A DNA stretch of 64,000 nucleotides from Isosphaeraceae bacterium (GTDB lineage: Bacteria; Planctomycetota; Planctomycetia; Isosphaerales; Isosphaeraceae): NCBI GenBank assembly GCA_965201075.1, contig CBDAVP010000016.1, forward strand, positions 62,001 to 126,000, in the 5' to 3' direction. Within the stretch, counting starts at the first letter, position 1. Every line of letters starts with the position of its first letter. Below the pieces are notes generated by a model, which saw only the letters and a list, made by a program, of their open reading frames with translations, did no database searches and had not been told where the DNA came from. Of this stretch, positions 39,429-48,036 are shown piece after piece. Made by a program: the position numbers and the translations under genes.

Positions 39429-40883
39429 ATGACGCGGTCGCGAACGTCGTCCCCTCACTGCTCATCCTGGCGGCGTGGGGTCGTAGCGGGGTTGCTGCTG
39501 GTGGCGGCGGTCGTGGGCAGTTGGGTCTGGTGGGGTGCCCCCGATCGCCCTCCCCTCTTGACGTTGGTCGGACGAGTGGAGATGCCTGTGGAGGATGGGA
39601 GCTTCGAGCCGGTGACGTTCCGGTTTTCGCCACGAGCGGATCGATTGGCGATCATTCCCAGCATGGGGGAGCCCGAGGAAACCAGGATCCGGCTCTGGGA
39701 CGTCGCCAAGGCAAAGGTCCAGCCGTCGCCGATCGCTCACACCGGGCTGGATCTGGTCGACTCCTGGGCGTTTTCGCCCGACGGGGGACGGATGGCCTGC
39801 GTCGACCGTCATTCCGAGGGGCGGGCGGATTGGGACGATCGGGTCTCGGTCTGGGACCTCGAGGATGGGTCGCGTCTTCTGTTCGATGCCCTGTGTCCGC
39901 TCTCGGTCGAAGATGTGGGGATGCCCACGGTTCAATTCACCGACGAGGGCCGTCGGCTGGTGGTGACCTTTTGCAGCGACGCCGAGGAACCGGACGAGGA
40001 CGACCCATCGCCGTCGCCATCGGTCCTCCGCGTCGCGGAGTCCTGGTTGGTGTCCTGGGACCTGGCGACCCGTCAGCGGACCGAGCTTCGAGAACCGTAC
40101 GATCCGAAGTTTGCCAGGCCGAGTTTTTCCCCGGACGGGCGAATCAAGGCGGTGTCGGGGGTCCGGGGCCTCCGGCTAGTTGAGGTGGCCTCGGGCCGGA
40201 CTTTTAGGGAAATCCCTTGCGACGCCGCCCGTCGCAAGTCCACCGTCCTTCGATGCATGCCGAGCCAGAGACTGGAAAACCTGGAGCTGAGCTTCTCCGA
40301 GGATGGGTCACTGCTGTGGATGGTCGGGGACTATGACCCGGCCGCGACCCCGGTGGCTTTGAACGTCGGCTGGACCGGGCTGAGGGGACTGTGGCGGGTG
40401 GCTGACGGTCGGCCGTTGCCGATCCCGCCCGCGATGCCGATCCGCCTGTTTCGTCCCGAGGGTCCGGGAGTACTGGTCGGGATCGCCGACGTTCGGGGCC
40501 AGGGGTGGCTCGCGGCGGGCCAGCGGTTCGTCGATGTGGGGAGCGGTGAGCGGCTGGGCTGGCTCTCACTCCCGGGTTCCGTTGAGGACTTCGGGGTGAG
40601 CCCCGATGGACGGCTCGCGGCGGTCGCCTGGGAGCGTCAAGTTCCGCATTGGTCGTCGCTGCTGCCTCCGTCGCTGGCCGAGAGGTTGGGCATTGCGCGA
40701 CGAGAGGAACTTGTGGTGGGGATTTCCGTCGTCGAGGTCCGCACGGGCCGGGTTGTTGGGCGGATCGAGCTTCCGGAACGCACATTTTCCCTGGGCCCGC
40801 CCTCGCTGCGGTTCTCGCCCGACGGCCGGACCTTGGTGACGGCGGAAGGCGACCATGGAGTCCAACTCTGGAACGCTCCCTGA
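39429..40883 (+). CDS. Membrane-anchored WD40-like beta-propeller protein, tandem paralog
   Basis: Same layout as the upstream gene, ending FSPDGRTLVTAEGDHGVQLWNAP. Confidence 0.75.
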   Translation: MTRSRTSSPHCSSWRRGVVAGLLLVAAVVGSWVWWGAPDRPPLLTLVGRVEMPVEDGSFEPVTFRFSPRADRLAIIPSMGEPEETRIRLWDVAKAKVQPSPIAHTGLDLVDSWAFSPDGGRMACVDRHSEGRADWDDRVSVWDLEDGSRLLFDALCPLSVEDVGMPTVQFTDEGRRLVVTFCSDAEEPDEDDPSPSPSVLRVAESWLVSWDLATRQRTELREPYDPKFARPSFSPDGRIKAVSGVRGLRLVEVASGRTFREIPCDAARRKSTVLRCMPSQRLENLELSFSEDGSLLWMVGDYDPAATPVALNVGWTGLRGLWRVADGRPLPIPPAMPIRLFRPEGPGVLVGIADVRGQGWLAAGQRFVDVGSGERLGWLSLPGSVEDFGVSPDGRLAAVAWERQVPHWSSLLPPSLAERLGIARREELVVGISVVEVRTGRVVGRIELPERTFSLGPPSLRFSPDGRTLVTAEGDHGVQLWNAP

Positions 40884-40940
40884 GTCGTACGAAGTCGGCC
40901 CCGGCACGCGGTTTCTGGCGACCGGGGAAACTTCGATCCA

Positions 40941-41393
40941 TCAGGCCTCGGTCGGATATTCGGCCAGGTAGGCTTCCACGGCCTCTCGCAACTTGCCGTC
41001 GACCTCCAGGCCCAGCGCCCGGCCCTTGGCGATGGCCTCGGCGGGCTTCCATCCTTCGGCCTGGGCGTGGTGGAGCAGCACCAACGCCGCGGCGCGGCCC
41101 CCTTTGCGGCAGTGGACCAGCACCTTGTCGTTGGCGTGGGTGTCGAGGAAGGTGGCCACGGTCTGGACCGTCGATTCCGGGAACGGTAGGGCTCCGACCC
41201 CTTCGTGGAGGTAGGCCATGCCCAGGGCTCGGACCGCCTCGCCTTCCTCGGCCGTGGAGAGGGGTTGCTCGGGCTCGCCGTCGTGGCGGAGGTTGACCAC
41301 CGCGACGAACCCCTCGGCTCGCAGGGCCTCAAGCTCCTCGGCCGTCGGCTGGTCGGCCACCACGAGGTTCGGACCGATCGGCTTGCGGATCAT
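40941..41393 (-). CDS. DUF442/Blh-like CX5R phosphatase or sulfurtransferase-fold protein
   Basis: QPT..EL..L..EGF..VVNLR..GE and VLVHCRKGGRA (CX5R). Confidence 0.8.
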   Translation of the reverse strand: MIRKPIGPNLVVADQPTAEELEALRAEGFVAVVNLRHDGEPEQPLSTAEEGEAVRALGMAYLHEGVGALPFPESTVQTVATFLDTHANDKVLVHCRKGGRAAALVLLHHAQAEGWKPAEAIAKGRALGLEVDGKLREAVEAYLAEYPTEA

Positions 41394-41469
41394 GGACGCG
41401 GGCTCCAGCGGGACGTTCGCGGTCGGTTCAACCTCGGAGATGCCCCAAAGGTAGCCGGGGCAACTCGCC

Positions 41470-41513
41470 TTGAACAGGTCCGCCCTTTTGGTCATGATAC
41501 TTACCGGTCGGTA
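41470..41513 (+). promoter_or_regulatory. Sigma70-type promoter plus TetR operator
   Basis: TTGAAC (41470-41475), N17, CATGAT (41493-41498), immediately followed by the palindrome TACCG-GT-CGGTA (41502-41513). Confidence 0.7.
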
Positions 41514-41547
41514 TACGGGCTCGGAAGGGAATGGGGCTCAACGGTTC

Positions 41548-42192
41548 ATGACGCAGGGATTGGCGGCGAGGGCGGAGGGCGGAGCAGTGGCGGGGCACAT
41601 TGCCCGGGTCGCCGCTCGGCTTTTCGCCGCTGGGGGTTACGACGCGACCTCCGTGCAGGCGATCTGCGAGGCGGCGGGCGTTACCAAGCCCACGCTTTAC
41701 TATCATTTTGGGAGCAAGGAAGGGCTGGCGAGGGCCTTGTTGACCGACCCTCTGGACGTCCTGGTCCGACGGTTGAGGGAGATTCTCGACTCGCCGGCCG
41801 GGGGTTTGGAGAAGTTGGAGGCGATGGCGGAAACCCACCTCGCGTTCGCCTGTGACGACCCGGACCGGGGCCGGTTTCTTTATGCCCTGTTCTTCGGGCC
41901 ACCGTCGCCGGGCCTGGCGAGCGAGCTGGCCCGGGTTCACGACGAGTTGTGCGGGCTGGATGGAGAACTGGCCCAGCGCCTGGGGGCCTGCGGGGTGATC
42001 GCCGCGGACCGAGTCGACGACTTCATCAAGGCGCTGCGGGGGATGATCGTCACCCGCTCGATGGGGTTCCTGTACAAGGGCGAGCCGCTGGTCCCCGGCC
42101 TGGCCCGGCGGATGGTGGGCGACCTGCTTTGGGGATTCGCCGGTCGGGGACCGGCCCAGGAGGAGGCTCAAGCTCATGCGTTCGAGATTTGA
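41548..42192 (+). CDS. TetR/AcrR-family transcriptional regulator
   Basis: HTH AARLFAAGGYDATSVQAICEAAGVTKPTLYYHFGSKEGL. Confidence 0.92.
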   Translation: MTQGLAARAEGGAVAGHIARVAARLFAAGGYDATSVQAICEAAGVTKPTLYYHFGSKEGLARALLTDPLDVLVRRLREILDSPAGGLEKLEAMAETHLAFACDDPDRGRFLYALFFGPPSPGLASELARVHDELCGLDGELAQRLGACGVIAADRVDDFIKALRGMIVTRSMGFLYKGEPLVPGLARRMVGDLLWGFAGRGPAQEEAQAHAFEI

Positions 42193-43528
42193 GGCGAAGC
42201 GGCACGCGGCGGGTCCAGGAGGGACGGCCCTCGGGCTCTTGCTGGCCACGGCCTGGGGGTTGGTCGGCTGCGGAAAGCCGGCGGCCGAGCCAAAGGACGC
42301 GGCCGGCGCGCCGGTGTCGGCCGGGCCCAAGACGGTGATGATTACCGTCGCTCCGATGACTCGACGGGCCATCGAGCGCACCGTCGAGGCGGTGGGGACG
42401 CTCAAGGGGTGGGAGGATGTGACCGTCGGCACCAAGAAGCGCGGGCGGGTCGTCCGCGTGTTTCATGACATGGGCGACAAGATCGCGCCGGGCGGTCCGT
42501 TGATCGAGCTGGATTCGGTGGATGCGGATCTTGCCGTGATTCAGTCCCAGCGACAGCACGAGGCCGACCTGGCCAGGCTGGGGCTCGACGCCTTGCCCGG
42601 CAAGGATTTCGACGTCAACAAGGTGCCGGCGGTGGTCCAGGCCCGCGTGGCCCTGGACCGTTCCAAGATCAGCATGGACCGCCAGCGCAACCTCAGCCAG
42701 CGGAAGGCCGGCACGTTCCAGGACTTCCAGAACGCCGAGAACGATGAACTGGCCTCCGAGGCGGCCCTTGAGAACGCCCAGTTGAGCGCGAGGGCGAGTC
42801 TGGCGATGGCCCAGTCGAGCAAGGCGGCGCTCGACGTGGCGAAGCAGGCCCGCGCCGACATGCTGATCCGGGCGCCGATCCCCTCGGCCCCGCCGTCGGG
42901 CAAGGACAAGGCGGTGGTTTACCAGATGTCGAAGCGGTCGGCCTCCGAGGGGCAAATGCTCGGCGAAAGCGACCCGGTGGCGACCTTGGTGGTTCAAGAT
43001 CCGTTGCGGCTCTGGGTCAATGTGCCCGAGCGATTCTCGGCCGAAGTGGCGACCGGCCAGGCGACCAAGATCCGGGTCGCGGCGTTCCCGGACCGGACGT
43101 TCGAGGGAAAAGTCGCCCGCATCAACCCCGCCGTTGACGCCACCAGCCGAACCTTTCAGGCCGAGGTCGCCGTCCCCAACCCCGAGGGCTTGTTGCGACC
43201 TGGCGGATTCGCCAAGGCGTCGATCTTGACCAAGGTCGACCCCAACGCCCGGATCGTGCCCTTGGAGTCGATCGTCCGGTTCGCCGGGGTCACCAAGCTG
43301 TTCGTGGTGCGGGGCAAGGAAGCGCATGCGATCTCGGTAGAGACCGGCCCGGAGGGGGACGGCTGGGTCGAGGTGTTCGGGGAAGTGCCCGACGCCTCGC
43401 AGGTCATCACCTCGGGGTTCGCCCAACTGGCCGAGGGGACGCCGGTGGTTGTCCGGGAGACACCCAAGCCCGCGACGACGGAGCCCAAAACCGGCGACGT
43501 GGCCAGCCCGACCACCGCGGGACTCTGA
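42176..43528 (+). CDS. RND efflux periplasmic adaptor (MFP), lipoprotein
   Basis: Lipobox LVGC, lipoyl halves (GRVVRV...GD, IRAP), FEGKVARINPAVD..SRTF and LRPGGFA. Confidence 0.9.
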   Translation: MRSRFEAKRHAAGPGGTALGLLLATAWGLVGCGKPAAEPKDAAGAPVSAGPKTVMITVAPMTRRAIERTVEAVGTLKGWEDVTVGTKKRGRVVRVFHDMGDKIAPGGPLIELDSVDADLAVIQSQRQHEADLARLGLDALPGKDFDVNKVPAVVQARVALDRSKISMDRQRNLSQRKAGTFQDFQNAENDELASEAALENAQLSARASLAMAQSSKAALDVAKQARADMLIRAPIPSAPPSGKDKAVVYQMSKRSASEGQMLGESDPVATLVVQDPLRLWVNVPERFSAEVATGQATKIRVAAFPDRTFEGKVARINPAVDATSRTFQAEVAVPNPEGLLRPGGFAKASILTKVDPNARIVPLESIVRFAGVTKLFVVRGKEAHAISVETGPEGDGWVEVFGEVPDASQVITSGFAQLAEGTPVVVRETPKPATTEPKTGDVASPTTAGL

Positions 43529-43639
43529 GCTTCCTGGGACCTGAAACTGTCTCGCGAGGATGTGGCTGGTCGGTGGCCGATCGGTGGGCGGACGAATGGA
43601 CGAATGGATTCCCGAACCGGGGCGGCGAGGCCGAAACTC

Positions 43640-46600
43640 ATGACGATCTCGGACGTCTGCATCAAACGACCGGTGTTCACCTGGGTCCTCGTGGCCATTC
43701 CGGTGGTGCTGGGAATCATTTCCTACAACCGCCTGGGGGTCGACCTTTTCCCCAACGTCGACTTCCCGGTCTGCTCGGTGCGCACGACCCTGAACGGGGC
43801 GAGCGTCGAGGAGATGGAAACCTCGATCACCAAGCCGATCGAGGACATCATCAACACCGTCAGCGGAATTGATGAGCTGCGGTCGACGACATCCGAGGGG
43901 ATCTCGATCGTCACGGTGCAGTTTGTCCTGTCCAAGAACACCGACGAGGGGGCCCAGGAGGTTCGGGACAAGGTCAACTCGATCTTGCAGAGCCTGCCCG
44001 AGAGCACCGAGGCGCCGGTGGTCGAGAAGTTCGACACCGGGGCCACGCCCATCATGTCGCTGGCCGTCTCGGGCCGACGCGACTTCCGCGAAGTGACCGA
44101 GATTGCCCGCAAGCAGATCAAGGAACGGCTCGAAACCGTCGACGGCGTGGGGGCGATCACGCTGATTGGCGGGCGAACCCGCGCGATGAACGTGATGGTC
44201 GACTCGGACCGCCTGGCGGCCTACAGCCTGTCGGTCGAGGATGTCCGCACGGCCCTGCGTCGGCAAAACATGGAGGTTCCTGGCGGGCGGATTGACCAGG
44301 GGCCTCGCGAGTTGGTGGTCCGGACCCTGGGGCGGTTGACGACGGCCGAGGAGTTCAACAACCTGATCGTCGCCAACAAGGGGGGTTATCCGGTCCGCAT
44401 CCGCGACATCGGTCGCGCCGAGGACTCGTTCGAGGAGCCTCGCACCGAGGCGCGACTGGATGGGTCTCCGGCGGTCAGCCTGTCGGTGCAGAAGCAGTCG
44501 GGGGCGAATACCGTCGCGGTGGTCGAGGCGATCAAGGCCCGTCTGGCCGAGGTGAAACCCAGCTTGCCGCCGGATATTGAGACCGAACTCATCCGCGACC
44601 AGTCCCGGTTCATCAAGAAGTCGATCGAGGAGGTGAAATTCCACCTGTATCTCGCCTGTGCGCTGGTCTCGGCGACGATCCTTTTGTTCATCCGCGACTG
44701 GCGGACGACGGTCATCGCGACTTTGGCCATCCCCACGTCGATCGTGCCGACGTTCCTTTTCATGGACACGATGGGGTTCACCCTCAACAACATCACCATG
44801 CTGGGGTTGATCCTGGCGATCGGCATTGTCATCGACGACGCGGTGGTGGTGCATGAAAACATCTTCCGCCACATGGAAGAGGACGGCATGGACGCGATGG
44901 AGGCGTCTCATGTCGGCACCCGCGAGATCGCCCTGCCCGTGCTGGCGACGAGCCTGTCGCTGATCGTCATCTTCCTGCCGATCGGGTTCATGGGCGGGAT
45001 CGTCGGCCGGTTCTTCTCGTCGTTCGGCCTGACGGTGGCGTTCGCGGTGGCGATGAGCCTGTTTGTTTCGTTCACCTTGACGCCGATGCTGTGCAGCCGG
45101 TTCCTCAAGCTGGAGCCGGGCCACGGCGGAACGGCCAAGTCGAAGTCGGGGTTGGTTTACCGCTTGATCGACGGTTCGTATGGGCTGGCGCTGCGGTGGT
45201 CGCTGCGGCACAAGGCGGCGATCGTCGCGCTGGCGGTGTTGGTGGTGATGGCTCCGACGTTTGGGCCGATCTCGTCGATGGTGCCCGGCCCGGCGCCCTT
45301 GAAACTGGTGCTGGCGAAGATCGGGTCGTTGTTCGCTCCGGGGTTCTCGCTGATCCCCCGCGACGACCAGAGCGAGTATGAGGTCAACTTCACGACGCCC
45401 GAGGGGTACAGCCTCGACCGGACCACCAAACTTGCCTCGGAAGTTGAGACGCGACTGCGAGCCCTGCCCGGGACGACGCACCTGTTCACGACCATTGGCC
45501 AGACCTCCGGCGGCGTGGTGGTGAAAGGCGAAGGGGACGTCACCCGGGCCACCGTCTACGTTCGCATGAAGGATCTGGAGGAACGCGACTACACCCAGTT
45601 CGCCGTGCAGAACCAGGCTCGGGCGTTTTTGGCGACGTATCCCGACCTGCGGGTCAGCGTCAGCGACGTGTCGTCGTTTCAGGGGGGGCGGCGTTCCCAG
45701 ACTTTTCAGCTCAACCTGGCCGGGCCCGACCTGGAGCAACTGGAAGTCTATTCCAAGCAGATCGTCGAAGGCTTGCGAGCCCAGGGCGGCATGACCGACC
45801 TGGACACCACTCTGGCCCTGCGCAAGCCCGAGGTCCGCGTGCTGGTCGACCGCGAGGCCGCCAATGACCTGGGCCTGCCCGTCGGCACGGTGGCCGATAC
45901 CTTGCGAATCCTGGTCGGCGGCATGCCCGTATCCAACTTCAAGGATCGCGGCGAACAGTACGACGTCTGGCTCCGCGCCCGACCGGCCGACCGCGCCTCG
46001 CCCGCCGGCCTGTACGATCTGACCGTCCCCTCTCCGGTGGTCGGCTCGGTCAAGCTACGCAGCCTGGCCGAGCTGAAGGAAGAGCGTGGGCCAACCGAGA
46101 TTGAGCGGCTGAATCGTCGACGGATCGTGACGATCCTGGGCAACCCCGAGACGATCAGCCTGGGCGAGGCGACCACGCGCACCAACGCCATCCTGGAAGG
46201 GCTGCACCTCCCCGCGCAGTACACGCCGATCCTTTCGGGTCAGGCCAAGACCTTGATGGAAACCCTTTACTACCTGCTGGTGGCCTTCGGGATGTCGTTC
46301 ACGTTCATGTACCTGATCCTGGCCGCCCAGTTTGAAAGCTGGTCGCAGCCGGTGGCGATCCTGATGGCCCTGCCGGTGACGATCCCCTTCGGCCTGCTGT
46401 CCTTGGTGCTGTTCCACACGCCGATGGACCTGTACGCGATGTTCGGGCTCTTCATGCTGGTGGGAATCGTCAAGAAGAACGGGATTTTGCAAGTCGACGC
46501 GACCAACCAGTTGCGGGCGGCGGGGCATTCGCGGCTGGAGGCGATCCTGGGGGCCAACCACACGCGGTTGCGGCCGATCTTGATGACCACGGTGATGCTG

Positions 46601-46858
46601 GTGGCGGCGATGGTGCCGATCGCCCTGGGCCGAGGTCCAGGCTCGGGGGCGCGAGCGAGCATGGCCAAGGTCATCATCGGCGGGCAAATGCTTTCGCTGC
46701 TGCTGGCCCTGCTGGTGACGCCGGTCAGCTACGCGTTGCTGGACATGGGGAAGAATTTCGCCGGGCGACTGCGACGCCGTCCCGTCCAGGGGCCGCACGT
46801 CTGGCCGGCGGGCCAGGTCGCCGAGTTTGGTCGTGGCTGGGAAGAGGCGCACTCCTGA
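43640..46858 (+). CDS. RND efflux transporter permease (HAE1/AcrB-MdtB-like)
   Basis: IKRPV, VDLFPNVDFP, proton-relay motifs GIVIDDAVVVHENI and GIVKKNGIL, and RLRPILMTT. Confidence 0.95.
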   Translation: MTISDVCIKRPVFTWVLVAIPVVLGIISYNRLGVDLFPNVDFPVCSVRTTLNGASVEEMETSITKPIEDIINTVSGIDELRSTTSEGISIVTVQFVLSKNTDEGAQEVRDKVNSILQSLPESTEAPVVEKFDTGATPIMSLAVSGRRDFREVTEIARKQIKERLETVDGVGAITLIGGRTRAMNVMVDSDRLAAYSLSVEDVRTALRRQNMEVPGGRIDQGPRELVVRTLGRLTTAEEFNNLIVANKGGYPVRIRDIGRAEDSFEEPRTEARLDGSPAVSLSVQKQSGANTVAVVEAIKARLAEVKPSLPPDIETELIRDQSRFIKKSIEEVKFHLYLACALVSATILLFIRDWRTTVIATLAIPTSIVPTFLFMDTMGFTLNNITMLGLILAIGIVIDDAVVVHENIFRHMEEDGMDAMEASHVGTREIALPVLATSLSLIVIFLPIGFMGGIVGRFFSSFGLTVAFAVAMSLFVSFTLTPMLCSRFLKLEPGHGGTAKSKSGLVYRLIDGSYGLALRWSLRHKAAIVALAVLVVMAPTFGPISSMVPGPAPLKLVLAKIGSLFAPGFSLIPRDDQSEYEVNFTTPEGYSLDRTTKLASEVETRLRALPGTTHLFTTIGQTSGGVVVKGEGDVTRATVYVRMKDLEERDYTQFAVQNQARAFLATYPDLRVSVSDVSSFQGGRRSQTFQLNLAGPDLEQLEVYSKQIVEGLRAQGGMTDLDTTLALRKPEVRVLVDREAANDLGLPVGTVADTLRILVGGMPVSNFKDRGEQYDVWLRARPADRASPAGLYDLTVPSPVVGSVKLRSLAELKEERGPTEIERLNRRRIVTILGNPETISLGEATTRTNAILEGLHLPAQYTPILSGQAKTLMETLYYLLVAFGMSFTFMYLILAAQFESWSQPVAILMALPVTIPFGLLSLVLFHTPMDLYAMFGLFMLVGIVKKNGILQVDATNQLRAAGHSRLEAILGANHTRLRPILMTTVMLVAAMVPIALGRGPGSGARASMAKVIIGGQMLSLLLALLVTPVSYALLDMGKNFAGRLRRRPVQGPHVWPAGQVAEFGRGWEEAHS

Positions 46859-46980
46859 CCCCGAATCAGACATGATGGCGATTCGGATCTATCGAGCGCC
46901 GCGACATCCCGGTACGCTGGGGAAGGGCCAAGGCCGTCCGCCGGGGCGGCGCCCTTCCGATCGTGTTGGGGAGCGCGCCG

Positions 46981-47901
46981 ATGTCCGCCGAAGCCTCGCC
47001 GAACTCGACCGACGCCCCGCCGAAATCGGCCGAGATTCTCGTCTCGACGATCCCGGCTCCGCGTCTCGACGTCCAGATCGAGGTCACCGGCCGGACCCAC
47101 CCCGGCCGTGTCCGCTCCAATAATGAAGACAACTTTCTGGTGGCGAGGCTGGCCAAGTCCCTCCGGGTGCTGGCCTCCAGCCTGGACGACCCCGACGCCT
47201 TGATCTCGACCGAGGAAGGGCACCTCCTGGTCGTCGCCGACGGCATGGGGGGCGCCGCCGCCGGGGAACGCGCCAGCGCCCTGGCCGTGCGCACCGTCGA
47301 GGCGTTCACACTCGACGCCCTGAAGTGGTTCCTCCACCTGGAAGGCAGCGAGGAGCGCGAGCTGCACGCCGAACTCCGACGCGCCCTGCAACGGGCCGAC
47401 CGCAACGTCTTCAAGGAAGCCCTCGACGACTCCAAGCTCGAAGGCATGGGCACCACGTTGACGATGGCCTACAGCTTCGCCACCGACCTGTACCTGGTCC
47501 ACGCCGGAGACTCCCGCGCCTATCTCCTGCGAGACGGGAAGATGGAGCAACTGACCCACGACCACACCCTGGTCCAACTGCTGGTCGACGGCGGAACCCT
47601 CTCGCCCGAGGACGCCCGCCACCACCGTCGCCGCAACGTGGTCACCAACGTCATCGGCGGTCCCCGCCCCGGCGTCCACGCCGAGGTCCGCAAGGTCACC
47701 CTGCGAGACGGCGACGTGGTCCTGCTCTGCACCGACGGACTGACCGAGCCGGTCCGCGACCCCGAAATCGCCAACGTCCTGCGCGAAGCGACCGACTCGG
47801 AATCCACCTGCCAGCGGTTGATTGACCTGGCCCTGGCTCGCGGAGCCCCCGACAACGTCACCGTCGTGGTTGCCCGTTATCGCATCGGCGAGATTCCCTG
47901 A
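46981..47901 (+). CDS. PP2C/PPM-family Ser/Thr protein phosphatase
   Basis: GRVRSNNED, VADGMGG, MGTT, HAGDSRAY, LTHDHT, LCTDGL and DNVT. Confidence 0.93.
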   Translation: MSAEASPNSTDAPPKSAEILVSTIPAPRLDVQIEVTGRTHPGRVRSNNEDNFLVARLAKSLRVLASSLDDPDALISTEEGHLLVVADGMGGAAAGERASALAVRTVEAFTLDALKWFLHLEGSEERELHAELRRALQRADRNVFKEALDDSKLEGMGTTLTMAYSFATDLYLVHAGDSRAYLLRDGKMEQLTHDHTLVQLLVDGGTLSPEDARHHRRRNVVTNVIGGPRPGVHAEVRKVTLRDGDVVLLCTDGLTEPVRDPEIANVLREATDSESTCQRLIDLALARGAPDNVTVVVARYRIGEIP

Positions 47902-47915
47902 CCGACCGACTCCCC

Positions 47916-47939
47916 GCGAGCGGGCGAGCGGGCGAGCGG
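47916..47939. repeat. Tandem 8-mer (GCGAGCGG)x3
   Basis: Three perfect copies in the PP2C-M16 intergenic gap. Confidence 0.8.
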
Positions 47940-48036
47940 GCGGAGGTTCCCTGTTCTCGACCCTTCCGCGTATCATCGCGGCCGGGCCCTTTCGTTGATC
48001 CGCCCGGCCCGGCCCCGCCCCGAGGATTCACCCATC

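Noticed and set aside
42050..45739. 1229-aa antisense ORF, and similar long ORFs such as 20-1672, 13641-16064, 35396-37276 and the same-strand 9869-11968
   Set aside because: Shadow frames overlapping well-supported genes; expected in very high-GC DNA and lacking recognisable motifs.
47916..47939. (GCGAGCGG)x3 as a regulatory or phase-variable element
   Set aside because: Only three GC-rich copies with no clear link to a promoter or reading frame; listed as a repeat only.
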